Source: an uncultured Gammaproteobacteria bacterium (GTDB lineage: Bacteria > Pseudomonadota > Gammaproteobacteria > DRJJ01). From it: DNA of 64,000 nucleotides. The position numbers and the translations under genes were made by a program. How positions within the stretch are numbered: the stretch's first letter is position 1; each line of letters starts with the position of its first letter. The notes beneath the pieces were generated by a model. The model had not been told where the DNA came from. It searched no databases and was given only the letters and a program-made list of their open reading frames with translations. The stretch lies in assembly GCA_947258795.1 (NCBI GenBank), contig CAMYJU010000016.1, positions 21,178 through 85,177 on the forward strand, read 5' to 3'. Shown here in pieces: positions 1-10,250 of the stretch.

Positions 1-36
1 ATGTAGACTGTGTAATCTCCAAGACCGATACGCCGA

Positions 37-486
37 TCATGGCCCTGCGTGACAAGGTCCTGGCCGTATTGCAGGCCTGACTGCCCTCCAGTCACGGTAG
101 TCGCGCAAAATAGCGGCATGATCAAATGCCAGTGCCGGTACCTCGCCTGCACTGAAAATCCCGATATTTTTAGCATCGTCCCGAGCGACAGGCTGCCCGC
201 AGGCCTGCGCAACATAGACTACGCTGACGGTGTGACCACGCGGATCACGACCCGGATCCGAATAAACACCCAGCAGGCTGACCAACTCAACCTCAAGACT
301 GGTTTCCTCCTGCGCCTCGCGTACGGCCGCCTGTTCAACGGTTTCGCCGATATCCACGAAGCCACCGGGTAGGGCCCAGCCGGGCGGCGGATTGCGTCTT
401 TCGATCAGCACGATCGGAAAGTCAGGGCGATCGATCAATTCGATCACGGTATCAACGGTCAGCGCCGGTGTCTTCGGTGCGGGCAT
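37..486 (-). CDS. NUDIX hydrolase
   Basis: 149 aa; Nudix box [24 protein letters not shown] (GX5EX7REUXEEXGU) visible in translation. Confidence 0.85.
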   Translation of the reverse strand: MPAPKTPALTVDTVIELIDRPDFPIVLIERRNPPPGWALPGGFVDIGETVEQAAVREAQEETSLEVELVSLLGVYSDPGRDPRGHTVSVVYVAQACGQPVARDDAKNIGIFSAGEVPALAFDHAAILRDYRDWRAVRPAIRPGPCHAGP

Positions 487-489
487 GAC

Positions 490-891
490 TCAACCCTGCT
501 TGCGCTGGAAGCGAATAATATGCCGGCGGGCTTTTTTGTCCGGGCGGCGATGCGGCGTGGGATCACTGCCGGCCAACAGCCGGCGCTGCTCGGCCTGATG
601 CTGGCGGCGTTCGCTGCTGGCCTCGGTTTCCCGGTATAACAATATGGCTTCGCTGGCGGGTCGCCGCTGTTTGTTCAGACCACAGACCTCGATTTCCATG
701 GCTGACTTGCTCCGCGTCACACTCAACATGTCGCCGATGTGTACCGCAGTGGCCGGCTTGATACGATGGCCGTTCAGATGAACCTTGCCACCATGCACCG
801 CTTCCGCAGCCAGGCTGCGGGTTTTGAAAAAACGCGCCGCCCACAGCCATTTATCAATGCGCTGTTTGTCCGCTGTGGGTGTGTCAGGCAT
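490..891 (-). CDS. hslR: Ribosome-associated heat shock protein Hsp15 (S4 RNA-binding domain)
   Basis: 133 aa; N-terminal [19 protein letters not shown]4-like motif and basic C-tail typical of HslR. Confidence 0.8.
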   Translation of the reverse strand: MPDTPTADKQRIDKWLWAARFFKTRSLAAEAVHGGKVHLNGHRIKPATAVHIGDMLSVTRSKSAMEIEVCGLNKQRRPASEAILLYRETEASSERRQHQAEQRRLLAGSDPTPHRRPDKKARRHIIRFQRKQG

Positions 892-917
892 ATTCGTCAG
901 ATCGAATCAGGACCGTG

Positions 918-1331
918 CTAATCCGCGACCATCGGCTTGCTGCGCTGGTCATCAAAATAGGTGACATCCTGCTGCATTTGCATGCGGATCTCACCTTCAA
1001 ATATCGCACCTTCGGCAATCGCAATCGACTGACCACTGATATTGCCGCTCACATCGGCGGTATTGGTAATTTCGAGTTTGCTGCGCGCACTGACATTGCC
1101 GCTTACCTTGCCACACAGAATGATACTGTCAGCTGTGATATCCCCGATCCATTCGCCACCGTCCTGTATGATCAGTGTGCCCTCAATATCGGCTGTCCCT
1201 TCTACGCGACCAAGTATGACGTAGTCTTCCTGGCCACCGAATGTCCCGTTGATAACAGAACCCTGCCCAATGACAGTGGCAACTTTCTTGACCTGGTCTG
1301 ATAAACGACGTCTGTGTTCTGCCATGTGCAT
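918..1331 (-). CDS. Bactofilin family polymer-forming cytoskeletal protein
   Basis: 137 aa; repetitive beta-helix like G-x-V/I-x-G pattern (GKVSGNVSARSKLEITNTADVSGNISG) characteristic of DUF583/bactofilin. Confidence 0.75.
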   Translation of the reverse strand: MHMAEHRRRLSDQVKKVATVIGQGSVINGTFGGQEDYVILGRVEGTADIEGTLIIQDGGEWIGDITADSIILCGKVSGNVSARSKLEITNTADVSGNISGQSIAIAEGAIFEGEIRMQMQQDVTYFDDQRSKPMVAD

Positions 1332-1427
1332 CCCGATGATTCAGCGAACTTTCCCTGAAGACTATCGCAATCCTGTTACCGGCGCCATAGATGACGCCGA
1401 ATAATCAGCCTCCCTGGCCCGGTCAGC

Positions 1428-3359
1428 TCAGGTGCTCAGCACGGTTAACAGACTATTCAGTCGCCGCACGTAAGCGGCCGGATCAACAAGCTGACCCCCT
1501 TCGCTTAACAGTGCCTGATCAAACAGCACATGGGTCCAGTCCTCGAACAGTTTCTCGTCCTGCTGACTGTTGAGACGTTCAACCAGTGCGTGCCCTGAAT
1601 TGACCTCCAGGATCGGCTTAACACCCGGTACTGCCTGGCCGGCCTGTTTGAGCATGTGCTGAAGATTCAGGGCCATCTCGTCTTCCTCGACTACCAGGCA
1701 GGAGGGCGAATCGGTCAGACGATGTGAAATACGCACCTTTGCCACCCGCTCATCCAGAACCTTGTGCATTTTCTCGAGCAGCTCCGCATAGCTCTTGTCA
1801 GTCTCTTCCTGTTCCTTTTTCTGTTCGTCACTGTCCAACCCATCCAGGTCCAGCTCACCCTTGGCCGCAGACTGCAGTTTTTTGCCATCAAATTCGGTCA
1901 GGTGGGACACCAACCATTCATCCACGCGGTCTGACAGCAGCAGCACCTCGATATCCTTCTTGCGGAAGATTTCCAGGTGCGGGCTGTGCAGTGCCGCATT
2001 GTAATTGTCCGCGGTGATGTAGTAGATCTTGTCCTGCCCATCCTGCATGCGCGAGACATAGTCATCCAGCGAAACATTCTGGGTGTCACCCTCACCCCTG
2101 GTTGAGGCAAAGCGCAACAGTTTGGCGATCCGTTCACGGTTAGCATAGTCCTCGGCCGGCCCTTCCTTGATCACATTACCGAACTCCTTCCAGAAGCCTG
2201 CATATTGCTCAGGCTCCTTGCTGGCCATCGACTCCAGCATACCCAGTATCTTCTTGACCGAACCACCGCGGATACTGTCGATCAGACGGTTATGCTGCAG
2301 AATTTCGCGCGAGACATTCAATGGCAAATCATCCGAGTCCACTACCCCCTTGATGAAACGCAAATACTGCGGCATCAGGTGCTCGGCGTCGTCCATGATG
2401 TACACACGTTTCACATACAGCTTAACCCCTTTCTGCTTGTCCCGGTCCCACAGGTCGAACGGTGCGCGCCTGGGGATATAAAACAGCGTGGTATAGGACT
2501 GGGTGCCTTCGACCTGGTTATGTATCCAGCTCAGCGGCTCTTCAAAGTCATGCGCAATATGCTTGTAGAATTCCCTGTACTCGTCATCCTCGATATCCTT
2601 CTTGGCACGCGTCCACAGCGCCGAGGCCTGGTTGACAGTCTCCCAGACCAGTTCTGTTTTCTTTTCAGCCTCCGGCTGCTCCTCTTCCTGCGCTTCCGTT
2701 TCGACAGTCTGCTCGACCTGCATCTGGATCGGCAGGTTAATATGGTCCGAGTACTTCTTGATGATATGTTTCAGTCGGAATTCTTCCAGGAACTCGATCG
2801 ACTCGTCATTCATGTGCAGGATGATATCGGTTCCACGACCGGTCTTTTCCATGGTCTCCAGTTCATATTTGCCCTTGCCATCGGATATCCAGCGCACCCC
2901 GTGTTCACTGCCCAGCCCGGCACGACGGCTCTCGACCATGACCTGGTCGGCAACGATAAAGACTGAATAGAACCCGACGCCGAACTGGCCTATCAGCATC
3001 GAGTCCCTGGCCTTGTCACCAGTCAGCGATTCCAGAAACTGCTTGGTACCACTTTTGGCAATCGTACCCAGATGTTCAACAATCTCGTTGCGATCCATAC
3101 CGATACCATTGTCCGATACAGTGAGTGTCCGATTGTCCTTGTCAAAACGAATACTGATGGCCAGGTCGGGATCGTCTTCGTACAGCGCATCATCGACCAG
3201 CCCCTCAAAACGTAACTTGTCACAGGCATCGGAGGCATTGGAAACCAGTTCCCGCAAAAATATCTCCTTGTCTGAGTACAATGAATGGATCATCAGCTGC
3301 AATAACTGCTGGGCCTCCGCCTGAAACTCCAACGTTTCCTTATGAGCCTGAACTGTCAT
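1428..3359 (-). CDS. htpG: Molecular chaperone HtpG (Hsp90)
   Basis: 643 aa; N-terminus EFQAEAQQLLQLMIHSLYSDKEIFLRELVSNASDACDKLRF matches HtpG GHKL ATPase signature. Confidence 0.97.
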   Translation of the reverse strand: MTVQAHKETLEFQAEAQQLLQLMIHSLYSDKEIFLRELVSNASDACDKLRFEGLVDDALYEDDPDLAISIRFDKDNRTLTVSDNGIGMDRNEIVEHLGTIAKSGTKQFLESLTGDKARDSMLIGQFGVGFYSVFIVADQVMVESRRAGLGSEHGVRWISDGKGKYELETMEKTGRGTDIILHMNDESIEFLEEFRLKHIIKKYSDHINLPIQMQVEQTVETEAQEEEQPEAEKKTELVWETVNQASALWTRAKKDIEDDEYREFYKHIAHDFEEPLSWIHNQVEGTQSYTTLFYIPRRAPFDLWDRDKQKGVKLYVKRVYIMDDAEHLMPQYLRFIKGVVDSDDLPLNVSREILQHNRLIDSIRGGSVKKILGMLESMASKEPEQYAGFWKEFGNVIKEGPAEDYANRERIAKLLRFASTRGEGDTQNVSLDDYVSRMQDGQDKIYYITADNYNAALHSPHLEIFRKKDIEVLLLSDRVDEWLVSHLTEFDGKKLQSAAKGELDLDGLDSDEQKKEQEETDKSYAELLEKMHKVLDERVAKVRISHRLTDSPSCLVVEEDEMALNLQHMLKQAGQAVPGVKPILEVNSGHALVERLNSQQDEKLFEDWTHVLFDQALLSEGGQLVDPAAYVRRLNSLLTVLST

Positions 3360-3516
3360 ATCTGCCTTACTCCTATGAATTTATTACTAAATTTAAAAAG
3401 ATGTCCGCACCCGACCATGGCCGGTATGGCAAAAAAATGTTATTTGTCGCTCAAATTGGGGCGCAGCGGGTAAATATCAAGGGAAACATGCGGATTTTCA
3501 CCCCAAACACCAGCGA

Positions 3517-4218
3517 CTAGCGCTGGAAGCTGCCATGCTGCAAAAAATGGATACTCTGACGAATAGCGGTATCGCTCTTCATGATAAACGGATGGGTATG
3601 CGGCAACACCAGAAAATCGGACATGCCTTCCAGTTGTGCGCTCTGCAGCGATACCTTGCCGTCGTTTCTGCCGGGGATCAGGCAGGACAACAGCAGATTG
3701 ATACTGCGGTTACCGGTGATAATGCCGAGCTCAAAATTCGCCGGCCCCAGGGATTTTGGAATGTCGTTTTCTCCCGTACCCAACTGCAGGCCGGCCAGGC
3801 CATTGATAAACCGGAACCCTGGCAGATGGGCCAGCCTGTCGATAATTTCACTCCCCCGGTTCGGTGGACTGAGCATCACAACCCGGCCCAGTTTAGGGCA
3901 TTCATGGCGGGCCAGGTACTGACGCACCAGAATACCACCCATTGAATGGGTAATAAAATGGACCGTAGCTATCGCCCTGTCCTGTTCACAGCTGTGCAAG
4001 GCGTCCATGATGGCCAGTTCGGACAGCTCTTCCACGGTTGCCTTGCGAGACGGATAATCATAATTGATCACCTTGTAACCATGCTGCTGCAGTCGCTTTT
4101 CCAGCTTGTTCATCGACACACTGGTCCGTGCCAGACCATGCAACAGGATCACACATTCCTTACCGGCTATTTCCTGATTGATGATTGTCTGGCCTGGAAC
4201 TGACATGTTTGCCCACAA
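3517..4218 (-). CDS. Alpha/beta hydrolase fold esterase/lipase-like protein
   Basis: 233 aa; nucleophile elbow HSMGG (GXSXG) and HG oxyanion motif (ILLHGL). Confidence 0.7.
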   Translation of the reverse strand: MWANMSVPGQTIINQEIAGKECVILLHGLARTSVSMNKLEKRLQQHGYKVINYDYPSRKATVEELSELAIMDALHSCEQDRAIATVHFITHSMGGILVRQYLARHECPKLGRVVMLSPPNRGSEIIDRLAHLPGFRFINGLAGLQLGTGENDIPKSLGPANFELGIITGNRSINLLLSCLIPGRNDGKVSLQSAQLEGMSDFLVLPHTHPFIMKSDTAIRQSIHFLQHGSFQR

Positions 4219-4458
4219 ATAAATAATTCAATAGCTGCTTATAAAACATGCTACCACAGGGAAGCCACCAGATTGAGCGGTGTCCGCCAAGCCTGTCATT
4301 CGGCATCGAATAGCTTGAATAACCGGGGTACAGCCGCTCGCTGACGCTGTCAGACGGCCTGTCACAGAGATCTGGTAACTCCGGAATTAGCGTCTATAGT
4401 TATTGACAGATGAAAACATTACAGGGCCCCGAAAAGGCCCGCAACGGAGGATGCCACC

Positions 4459-4821
4459 ATGTCAGAATCCATTAACCAGCACATACATCCGGAGAGCGCC
4501 CGTAGTCGTGAAGTACTGTTTCCATATGCCCCTGAAGGCTGGACCAGTGCCGATGCAGAGGTCCAGGCCAGCAAGGAAAATATCGTCATGGAGGAAACCC
4601 ACTGGCGCACCATTATCGCCTTGCAGGAGTATTATACCAAACACCAGCACGTGCAAATGCGTGAACTGCACGATGCCCTGGATGAAAAGTTTCATATCGA
4701 CGGCGGTATGAAGTATCTGTACTCCGCCTTTCCCGGCGGACCCGTCGCCCAGGGCTGTCGCCTGGCCGGCCTGCCGGTACCCGCCGGTAGTGCAGACCCG
4801 TCCTTTGGCAGCGTTCAATAG
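4459..4821 (+). CDS. DsrC/TusE family sulfur-relay-like protein, CysB present but penultimate CysA replaced (C-terminus GLPVPAGSADPSFGSVQ)
   Basis: 120 aa; EETHW...IIALQEYY...MKYLYSAFPGGPVAQGCRLAGLP aligns with DsrC/TusE consensus E.HW..LR.YY..YLY.LFP.GPAKQAC.IAGLPKPTGCV. Confidence 0.75.
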   Translation: MSESINQHIHPESARSREVLFPYAPEGWTSADAEVQASKENIVMEETHWRTIIALQEYYTKHQHVQMRELHDALDEKFHIDGGMKYLYSAFPGGPVAQGCRLAGLPVPAGSADPSFGSVQ

Positions 4822-4897
4822 CTAACCGTCACCACCCGGAACAGGCCGTAACGAAACGTGGTTGATACAGCGTAATCGTCGCCTGCATTCCGGGTGG

Positions 4898-6247
4898 TTA
4901 CCTGCCGCCAGGCAGTTCCACGCGGAACTCGGATCCTTCACCCGGTGTACTGTCAAACGAGATCCTGCCTGCCATCATCTCAGCAAGCTGTTTAGCGATC
5001 ATCAGGCTCAGCCCGGAACCTTCGATAATCGAGTCTTTGTGACCTCGGTAGTGGTATGACTGCAGCAGCTTTCTGGCGTCTTCAACGGTAATCCCTTCAC
5101 CGGTGTCCTGCACGGCAATCATCACGCTACCCGTTTCCGTTTTGCTGCAACTCACAGTAACACTGCCGCCGGGATGATTGTAGGTACAGGCATTGGCCAG
5201 CAGTGTAAGCAATATTTGTTTCAGACGAACCAGGTCTGCCCTGACCGTAATACCAACTGGAGGGCACTGCTTATAGTCAAGCATAATATCATTGTTGACT
5301 GCCCGCGGCTCTATCAACCCGATACATTCCGCAACCAGTTCGTTGCAGTCCACATCTACAATATGCAGTTCGATCATGCGCGCCTCGATCTTGGCCAGAT
5401 CGAGCAGATTTTCAATCGAACCCAGTAGCTGTGTGCTGGCCTTGAGCACATCTTCGGTGTCCTTGCGATGGACATCCGAATAGGCCATATCCATCCTGTG
5501 TGACTGCGCGAAAGAACGAATAGCGCTCAATGGCATGCGCAGTTCATGACTCATCCTGGCCAGAAACTCGCTCTTGGCAGCGTTGGCAATTTCCGCCTCG
5601 GCCTTGGCGTCAATCAGGTCATTGGACAACATGATTGAGCTTAACAATACCCTCCGGTAGATCGCCCCGGTAGCAAAAAACGCAATGATTGCGACGCAAA
5701 GCATCATCCCCATGAACAGGTGGATCTCGCCGGGCTGTATCAGGAACCAGATGGTTATCGGCAACATGATCACCACGATATAGGTAAAGTAGACATACAG
5801 CACTGCACCGATAACCGCGGATGCGCCGGCCATCAAACCTCCCAGTGTAAAGGCCAGTAGCACCGGCACTTCAAGTCCATCATAGGGCGAAAACAGCCAG
5901 ATGGTTGCACCCCAGGTCAGGCCTGCCAGTGATGAACCGGCATAGAAGGCATAACACCACACATGCATCCTGCCATCAGGTGGCCGTAGCTGCCTGAAAC
6001 GCATCAGCGTGGCGGCACGCAGGCCGGTAAAAAACATCAAAACGACGAACCAGTACAGCAAAACCTTGTTCGGCACACGGTCCCACAGTACCCATAACAC
6101 CACCACCGCCAGTACAAGGTTAACGATCAGCCCGGTCGTGGCATTACGGAAAAGAAATCGGACCTGCTCGGCAAAGATATTGACGCGCTTCAAATATACA
6201 ATATCCGGTTCATGGGCCGCACGACTGTCCAGATCCATCTCATCCAT
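4898..6247 (-). CDS. Membrane sensor histidine kinase (multi-TM N-terminal sensor, HisKA + HATPase, no receiver)
   Basis: 449 aa; 6-7 predicted TM helices, H-box FLARMSHELRMPLSAI, G-boxes DTGEGI and GSGLSL. Confidence 0.85.
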   Translation of the reverse strand: MDEMDLDSRAAHEPDIVYLKRVNIFAEQVRFLFRNATTGLIVNLVLAVVVLWVLWDRVPNKVLLYWFVVLMFFTGLRAATLMRFRQLRPPDGRMHVWCYAFYAGSSLAGLTWGATIWLFSPYDGLEVPVLLAFTLGGLMAGASAVIGAVLYVYFTYIVVIMLPITIWFLIQPGEIHLFMGMMLCVAIIAFFATGAIYRRVLLSSIMLSNDLIDAKAEAEIANAAKSEFLARMSHELRMPLSAIRSFAQSHRMDMAYSDVHRKDTEDVLKASTQLLGSIENLLDLAKIEARMIELHIVDVDCNELVAECIGLIEPRAVNNDIMLDYKQCPPVGITVRADLVRLKQILLTLLANACTYNHPGGSVTVSCSKTETGSVMIAVQDTGEGITVEDARKLLQSYHYRGHKDSIIEGSGLSLMIAKQLAEMMAGRISFDSTPGEGSEFRVELPGGR

Positions 6248-6289
6248 TCATCAGCTACCGATCAGGGGCGCAGATATTACCGTACTGAA

Positions 6290-6577
6290 TCAATCATGCG
6301 CTATCGGTTTCTCGGTAAACAGGTAATCCTTCAGCTCATTGTCGAAACGGCTGTCCCTGCGACGTATCCACTCCAGCAACATGGATGCATGCTCCTTTTC
6401 CTCGTCCCGATTATGTGCAAGTATGGCCTTCAGTTCATTATCCTTGCAGGCATCGACACGCTGGTTATACCAGTCTACTGCCTCCAGCTCTTCCATCAGC
6501 GAGACGATGGCCCGATGCATATCACGGGTCTCATCCGACAGCTCATCCAGGGGTTCATGGTAACCTTCATTAGACAT
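6290..6577 (-). CDS. Small ferritin-like diiron protein, encapsulated-ferritin (EncFtn/Flp)-like
   Basis: 95 aa; EELEAVDWY and EEKEH (ExxH) motifs, size and composition as in EncFtn family; no encapsulin gene nearby. Confidence 0.5.
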   Translation of the reverse strand: MSNEGYHEPLDELSDETRDMHRAIVSLMEELEAVDWYNQRVDACKDNELKAILAHNRDEEKEHASMLLEWIRRRDSRFDNELKDYLFTEKPIAHD

Positions 6578-6680
6578 TATTGACTCCTTGTTAAAATGAC
6601 GGTAGCCGCGAGTAACCCGGGTACCGGTTTTTTTTACTTTGATACTGACTGAATACAGGTATGGACCTGGCGGACAGAAA

Positions 6681-7166
6681 TCAGTCTAGCCCGGCCTCAT
6701 GTGCAAGCAGCCACTTTTTGATTTTCATCCATTTACCATGCCGGGTCCCGGCAAAACCACCGGGGCCATTGACCGCAACCACGCGATGACAGGGCGTGAT
6801 GATCGGCAAGGGATTGGCCCGGCAGGCATTGCCGACTGCGCGCGGTGAGCTGTTCAGCTGTTTCGCGATCTGGCCATAGGTACGCGTTTCACCAACCGGT
6901 ATTTCACGCAAGGCCTGCCAGACACGTTTCTGAAACGCGGTACCGTGCTCCTCAGTCCTGAGCCTGAAACTGGTGTTCGGATTGCAGAAATAGCGATTGA
7001 TCTGTTCTTTCGCCTTGCTGTCACCCTGTGTGGCAGTCACACCGGATTTCTTTTTCTGAGGCAGGAATTCGATATGTTGAACTGCCCCATTGTGGATTTG
7101 CACCTCTACCTGACCGACCGGTGTATTCATCACGCAAACTAATTTTTCTGACTGTGTGGTATTCAT
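6681..7166 (-). CDS. ogt: Methylated-DNA--protein-cysteine methyltransferase
   Basis: 161 aa; active-site PCHRVV motif and HTH region; 4-bp start overlap with upstream ORF. Confidence 0.88.
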   Translation of the reverse strand: MNTTQSEKLVCVMNTPVGQVEVQIHNGAVQHIEFLPQKKKSGVTATQGDSKAKEQINRYFCNPNTSFRLRTEEHGTAFQKRVWQALREIPVGETRTYGQIAKQLNSSPRAVGNACRANPLPIITPCHRVVAVNGPGGFAGTRHGKWMKIKKWLLAHEAGLD

Positions 7167-8938
7167 GATCCCTTTTTCTCCCGACTGGCAGTTAGCAGTA
7201 ACTGTTGCATGCGATTACGAATCACCGTGCGTCGACTTTCGTCCTTGGTCACTTTCAACAGTTGTTTGTAAATGTAGCGTGCGTCGTCTATCAGCCCCGC
7301 CTTGGCCATGTTATCAGCAGCGTGATAGCGGGCGGTCTGCCCCCATGGATCCATGGTCTTTGGCCCGGGCAAGGTCGCCGATTGTAAAAACATCGCGGCA
7401 GCCGATGCATAATCCTTCTGGCTGGCATAGGATTCCGCCGTCCAGTAAGCCACTTCTCTCTGTAACTTTAGATCGCCTGCCGGAATTGGCAATCTTTTGA
7501 ACAGGGCAATCGCATCCTGATGGCGTTCCAGCGCCTGCACATCAAACAGGACCTGCATCAAACGATCCAACGACTGCCTGGGTATGGACTGGTATCTGTC
7601 GAGCAGCTCATGCAGGGCCTGAACCCCCTGATCAATCTGTCCCCCCAGCAGTAATATACGCGCCCTGCGCATATACCAGTCCAGGCTCTCCTTGCCTTCC
7701 GGCGCGGTGGTTAACTGGCCCATCAGGCGCGACGCCAGGGCCAGGTTACCCCAGGCCAGGGCCTTGTCTGCCAGTTGATGATTGACCGCTGCAGGGAGAC
7801 TGGAGGCATGCTGCGGGCTGTCCGGATTCAAATATAGGTAACGTAATACGACCGCACCCTGCTTCTGCTTCATCAGCAATTCGGCAAACTTGCCATGGGC
7901 CCGCAATTGATTGTCAGGATCCAGGGCATTCTGCGCCAGTACCGCCCATAGCGCGGCTGCCCGCAGTGGTTTCTTTGTCGTGGCATTACCGGCCGCCGCA
8001 GCCCATTGTTCATCCTGGCCGGTCAGCAGCTGTTTCCGGTTACCGATATACTGGCCATAATCCAGATAAGCATCCCACAGGTCGGCGCCACGTATCGGAA
8101 ACAGCGCGTCCAGCCCGGCATCACTGCCCGACTTGCGTGTAGTGGACAGCGCCATGGCTTTTTGCAAGGCATTGATACGTCGCACATACAGCTCGGCCTG
8201 TTCTGCAGATCTCGCTACCAGTTGCCACAGGCGCATGCTTTCATCAGCCTTCAGCCTGGTCTTGCGCACTACCCACATGATGCGTTTGCCCAGGGCCGCC
8301 GGTTGCTTCTGACCCGCTTCCAGTTGCGCGAGAAACTCCAGTGCGCGTTGCTTGTCACCCTTGCGCTCACTGAACAGTCGCGCCGCCTCCTCGTAGCGAC
8401 CGGCACGTAACAGCACTTCCGCCTGCAGACCGCTGATATCGATATCCGGATAATCCTGCCTGAAACGGATCATTGCCGTCTCGGCATCGGCCAGCTTGCC
8501 CTGGTTAAGATAAGCCCGCACGATCAGGCGGCGTAGCGGCATGGTTGCCGAACCATCCTGTCCACTAATCACCCAGAGGCTTTGCCGTGCCGCGACCAGG
8601 GCCTGCTCCGGCTTACCCTGCTCCAACAACGCCCGGCCACGTGCCGTCCCTGCCCACAGGCGAAACCCGTCATCACTTTCCGGTGGCAGAATGGCCAGTC
8701 GCTGGTCAATTTCCTGCCAGCGCCGTAGCCGGGTGGCCAGTTGGATACGCAAACGCTCCCATTCCATCCAGGCGGCAATACCACTTTCTGCCGGAGGCTG
8801 GTTGCGTTGCAGCAGTTTAAGCGCCAGGGCCGGCGCTCCGATGTCAGACATATGGCGAATATCATCCAGCATCACAGCCTGTACAGGCAATGTGACAGTT
8901 AACAGGATGATCAGCATGAATCCTTTAATGCATTCCAT
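7163..8938 (-). CDS. Hypothetical secreted alpha-helical/TPR-like repeat protein
   Basis: ORF 7163..9049; likely start at MECIKGFMLIILLTVTLPVQA (signal peptide); Ala/Leu-rich helical repeats; no recognisable catalytic motif. Confidence 0.5.
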   Translation of the reverse strand: MECIKGFMLIILLTVTLPVQAVMLDDIRHMSDIGAPALALKLLQRNQPPAESGIAAWMEWERLRIQLATRLRRWQEIDQRLAILPPESDDGFRLWAGTARGRALLEQGKPEQALVAARQSLWVISGQDGSATMPLRRLIVRAYLNQGKLADAETAMIRFRQDYPDIDISGLQAEVLLRAGRYEEAARLFSERKGDKQRALEFLAQLEAGQKQPAALGKRIMWVVRKTRLKADESMRLWQLVARSAEQAELYVRRINALQKAMALSTTRKSGSDAGLDALFPIRGADLWDAYLDYGQYIGNRKQLLTGQDEQWAAAAGNATTKKPLRAAALWAVLAQNALDPDNQLRAHGKFAELLMKQKQGAVVLRYLYLNPDSPQHASSLPAAVNHQLADKALAWGNLALASRLMGQLTTAPEGKESLDWYMRRARILLLGGQIDQGVQALHELLDRYQSIPRQSLDRLMQVLFDVQALERHQDAIALFKRLPIPAGDLKLQREVAYWTAESYASQKDYASAAAMFLQSATLPGPKTMDPWGQTARYHAADNMAKAGLIDDARYIYKQLLKVTKDESRRTVIRNRMQQLLLTASREKKGS

Positions 8939-9111
8939 GCCTCGGATTTTACAGGGCGTGATATAAAAGTCGATACGCTGGTCTTGCGGGCAGACCGCAG
9001 GGAGGATTCGGGATAGTGAGGGAATGACAATCCAGCAGCCAAAGCACAAGCGTTTGGCTACCGGACTGCCTGATATCAGCTGGCCGGCAGGTTCAGACCG
9101 GCGGGATTCAC

Positions 9112-9465
9112 TTACTTGCGTGTAAGTTTTTCCTTGATGCGTGCAGCCTTACCCTGCAGGTTACGCAGGTAGTAGAGCTTGGCGCGACGTACATCGCCAC
9201 GACGCTTGATATCAATGCTGTCGATGGAGTTACTATAGGTCTGGAATACACGCTCCACACCTTCGCCATGGGAGATTTTACGAACCGTAAACGCGGAGTT
9301 CAGACCACGGTTACGGCGTGCCAGACAGACACCTTCGAAGGCCTGCAGACGTTCGCGGTTGCCTTCCTTCACCTTAACCTTGACCACAATCGTATCACCG
9401 GGACGAAAGTCCGGGACATCACGACCCATTTGCTCTTTTTCAATTTCGTTGATCAAGTTACTCAT
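9112..9465 (-). CDS. rplS: 50S ribosomal protein L19
   Basis: 117 aa; near-identical to bacterial L19 over the full length. Confidence 0.97.
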   Translation of the reverse strand: MSNLINEIEKEQMGRDVPDFRPGDTIVVKVKVKEGNRERLQAFEGVCLARRNRGLNSAFTVRKISHGEGVERVFQTYSNSIDSIDIKRRGDVRRAKLYYLRNLQGKAARIKEKLTRK

Positions 9466-9484
9466 TGTTCGAACCCCTGTTTGC

Positions 9485-10234
9485 TCAATCTGTCTCGTGT
9501 TCCAAAATATATTCGTTCAGCAGGTGCTGGTCTTCATCGTTCAGTTCCCTGCCCTGCAACATATCCGGTCGTCTCGACCAGGTGCGTCCCAGTGCCTGCT
9601 TGCGTCGCCAGCGGGCAATTGCCTGATGGTCGCCGCTCAGTAGTACTGCCGGTACAGCCATGCCCTGATAATCTTCAGGCCGCGTATAATGCGGACAATC
9701 CAGCAAGCCTTCTGCAAAAGAGTCCTGCTCGGCCGAATCGGCATCGCCCAGCGCTTGCGGCTGCAGACGCGTGATCGCGTCAATCATGACCAGCGCAGCC
9801 AGTTCACCACCACTGAGGACATAATCACCAATCGACCATTCCTGATCGATCTCATTCTCGATCAATCTTTCATCGATGCCTTCATAGCGTCCGGCGACCA
9901 GAACCAGCCAGGGCTGCTGTGCCAGTTCGTTCAGTGCCGCCTGGTCGAGTCGACGTCCCTGGGGACTCAGGTAGATCACCCTGGGCCGCCCAGACTGTTG
10001 TTCGCGCGCATCCTGCAATGCCGCCTGTAGTGGCTCGACCTTCATCACCATACCAGGCCCGCCACCATAGGGCCGGTCATCCACGGTACGGTGTACGTCG
10101 TGGGTATAGTCACGCGGGTTCCAGGTATCCACCCTGACCAGCTCCCTTTTGACTGCCCGGCCGACGATGCCTTCATCCACGTAATTCCGAATCATGTCCG
10201 GAAACAACGTCACTACGTCGATGCGTATACTCAT
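9485..10234 (-). CDS. trmD: tRNA (guanine37-N1)-methyltransferase
   Basis: ORF 9485..10273, probable start [26 protein letters not shown]-binding motif. Confidence 0.95.
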   Translation of the reverse strand: MSIRIDVVTLFPDMIRNYVDEGIVGRAVKRELVRVDTWNPRDYTHDVHRTVDDRPYGGGPGMVMKVEPLQAALQDAREQQSGRPRVIYLSPQGRRLDQAALNELAQQPWLVLVAGRYEGIDERLIENEIDQEWSIGDYVLSGGELAALVMIDAITRLQPQALGDADSAEQDSFAEGLLDCPHYTRPEDYQGMAVPAVLLSGDHQAIARWRRKQALGRTWSRRPDMLQGRELNDEDQHLLNEYILEHETD

Positions 10235-10250
10235 TTCCGTAGGCCTGCGG

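Noticed and set aside
2205-2966. 253-aa ORF on the plus strand inside htpG
   Set aside because: Fully antisense to a high-confidence HtpG coding region; low-complexity translation; classic shadow ORF.
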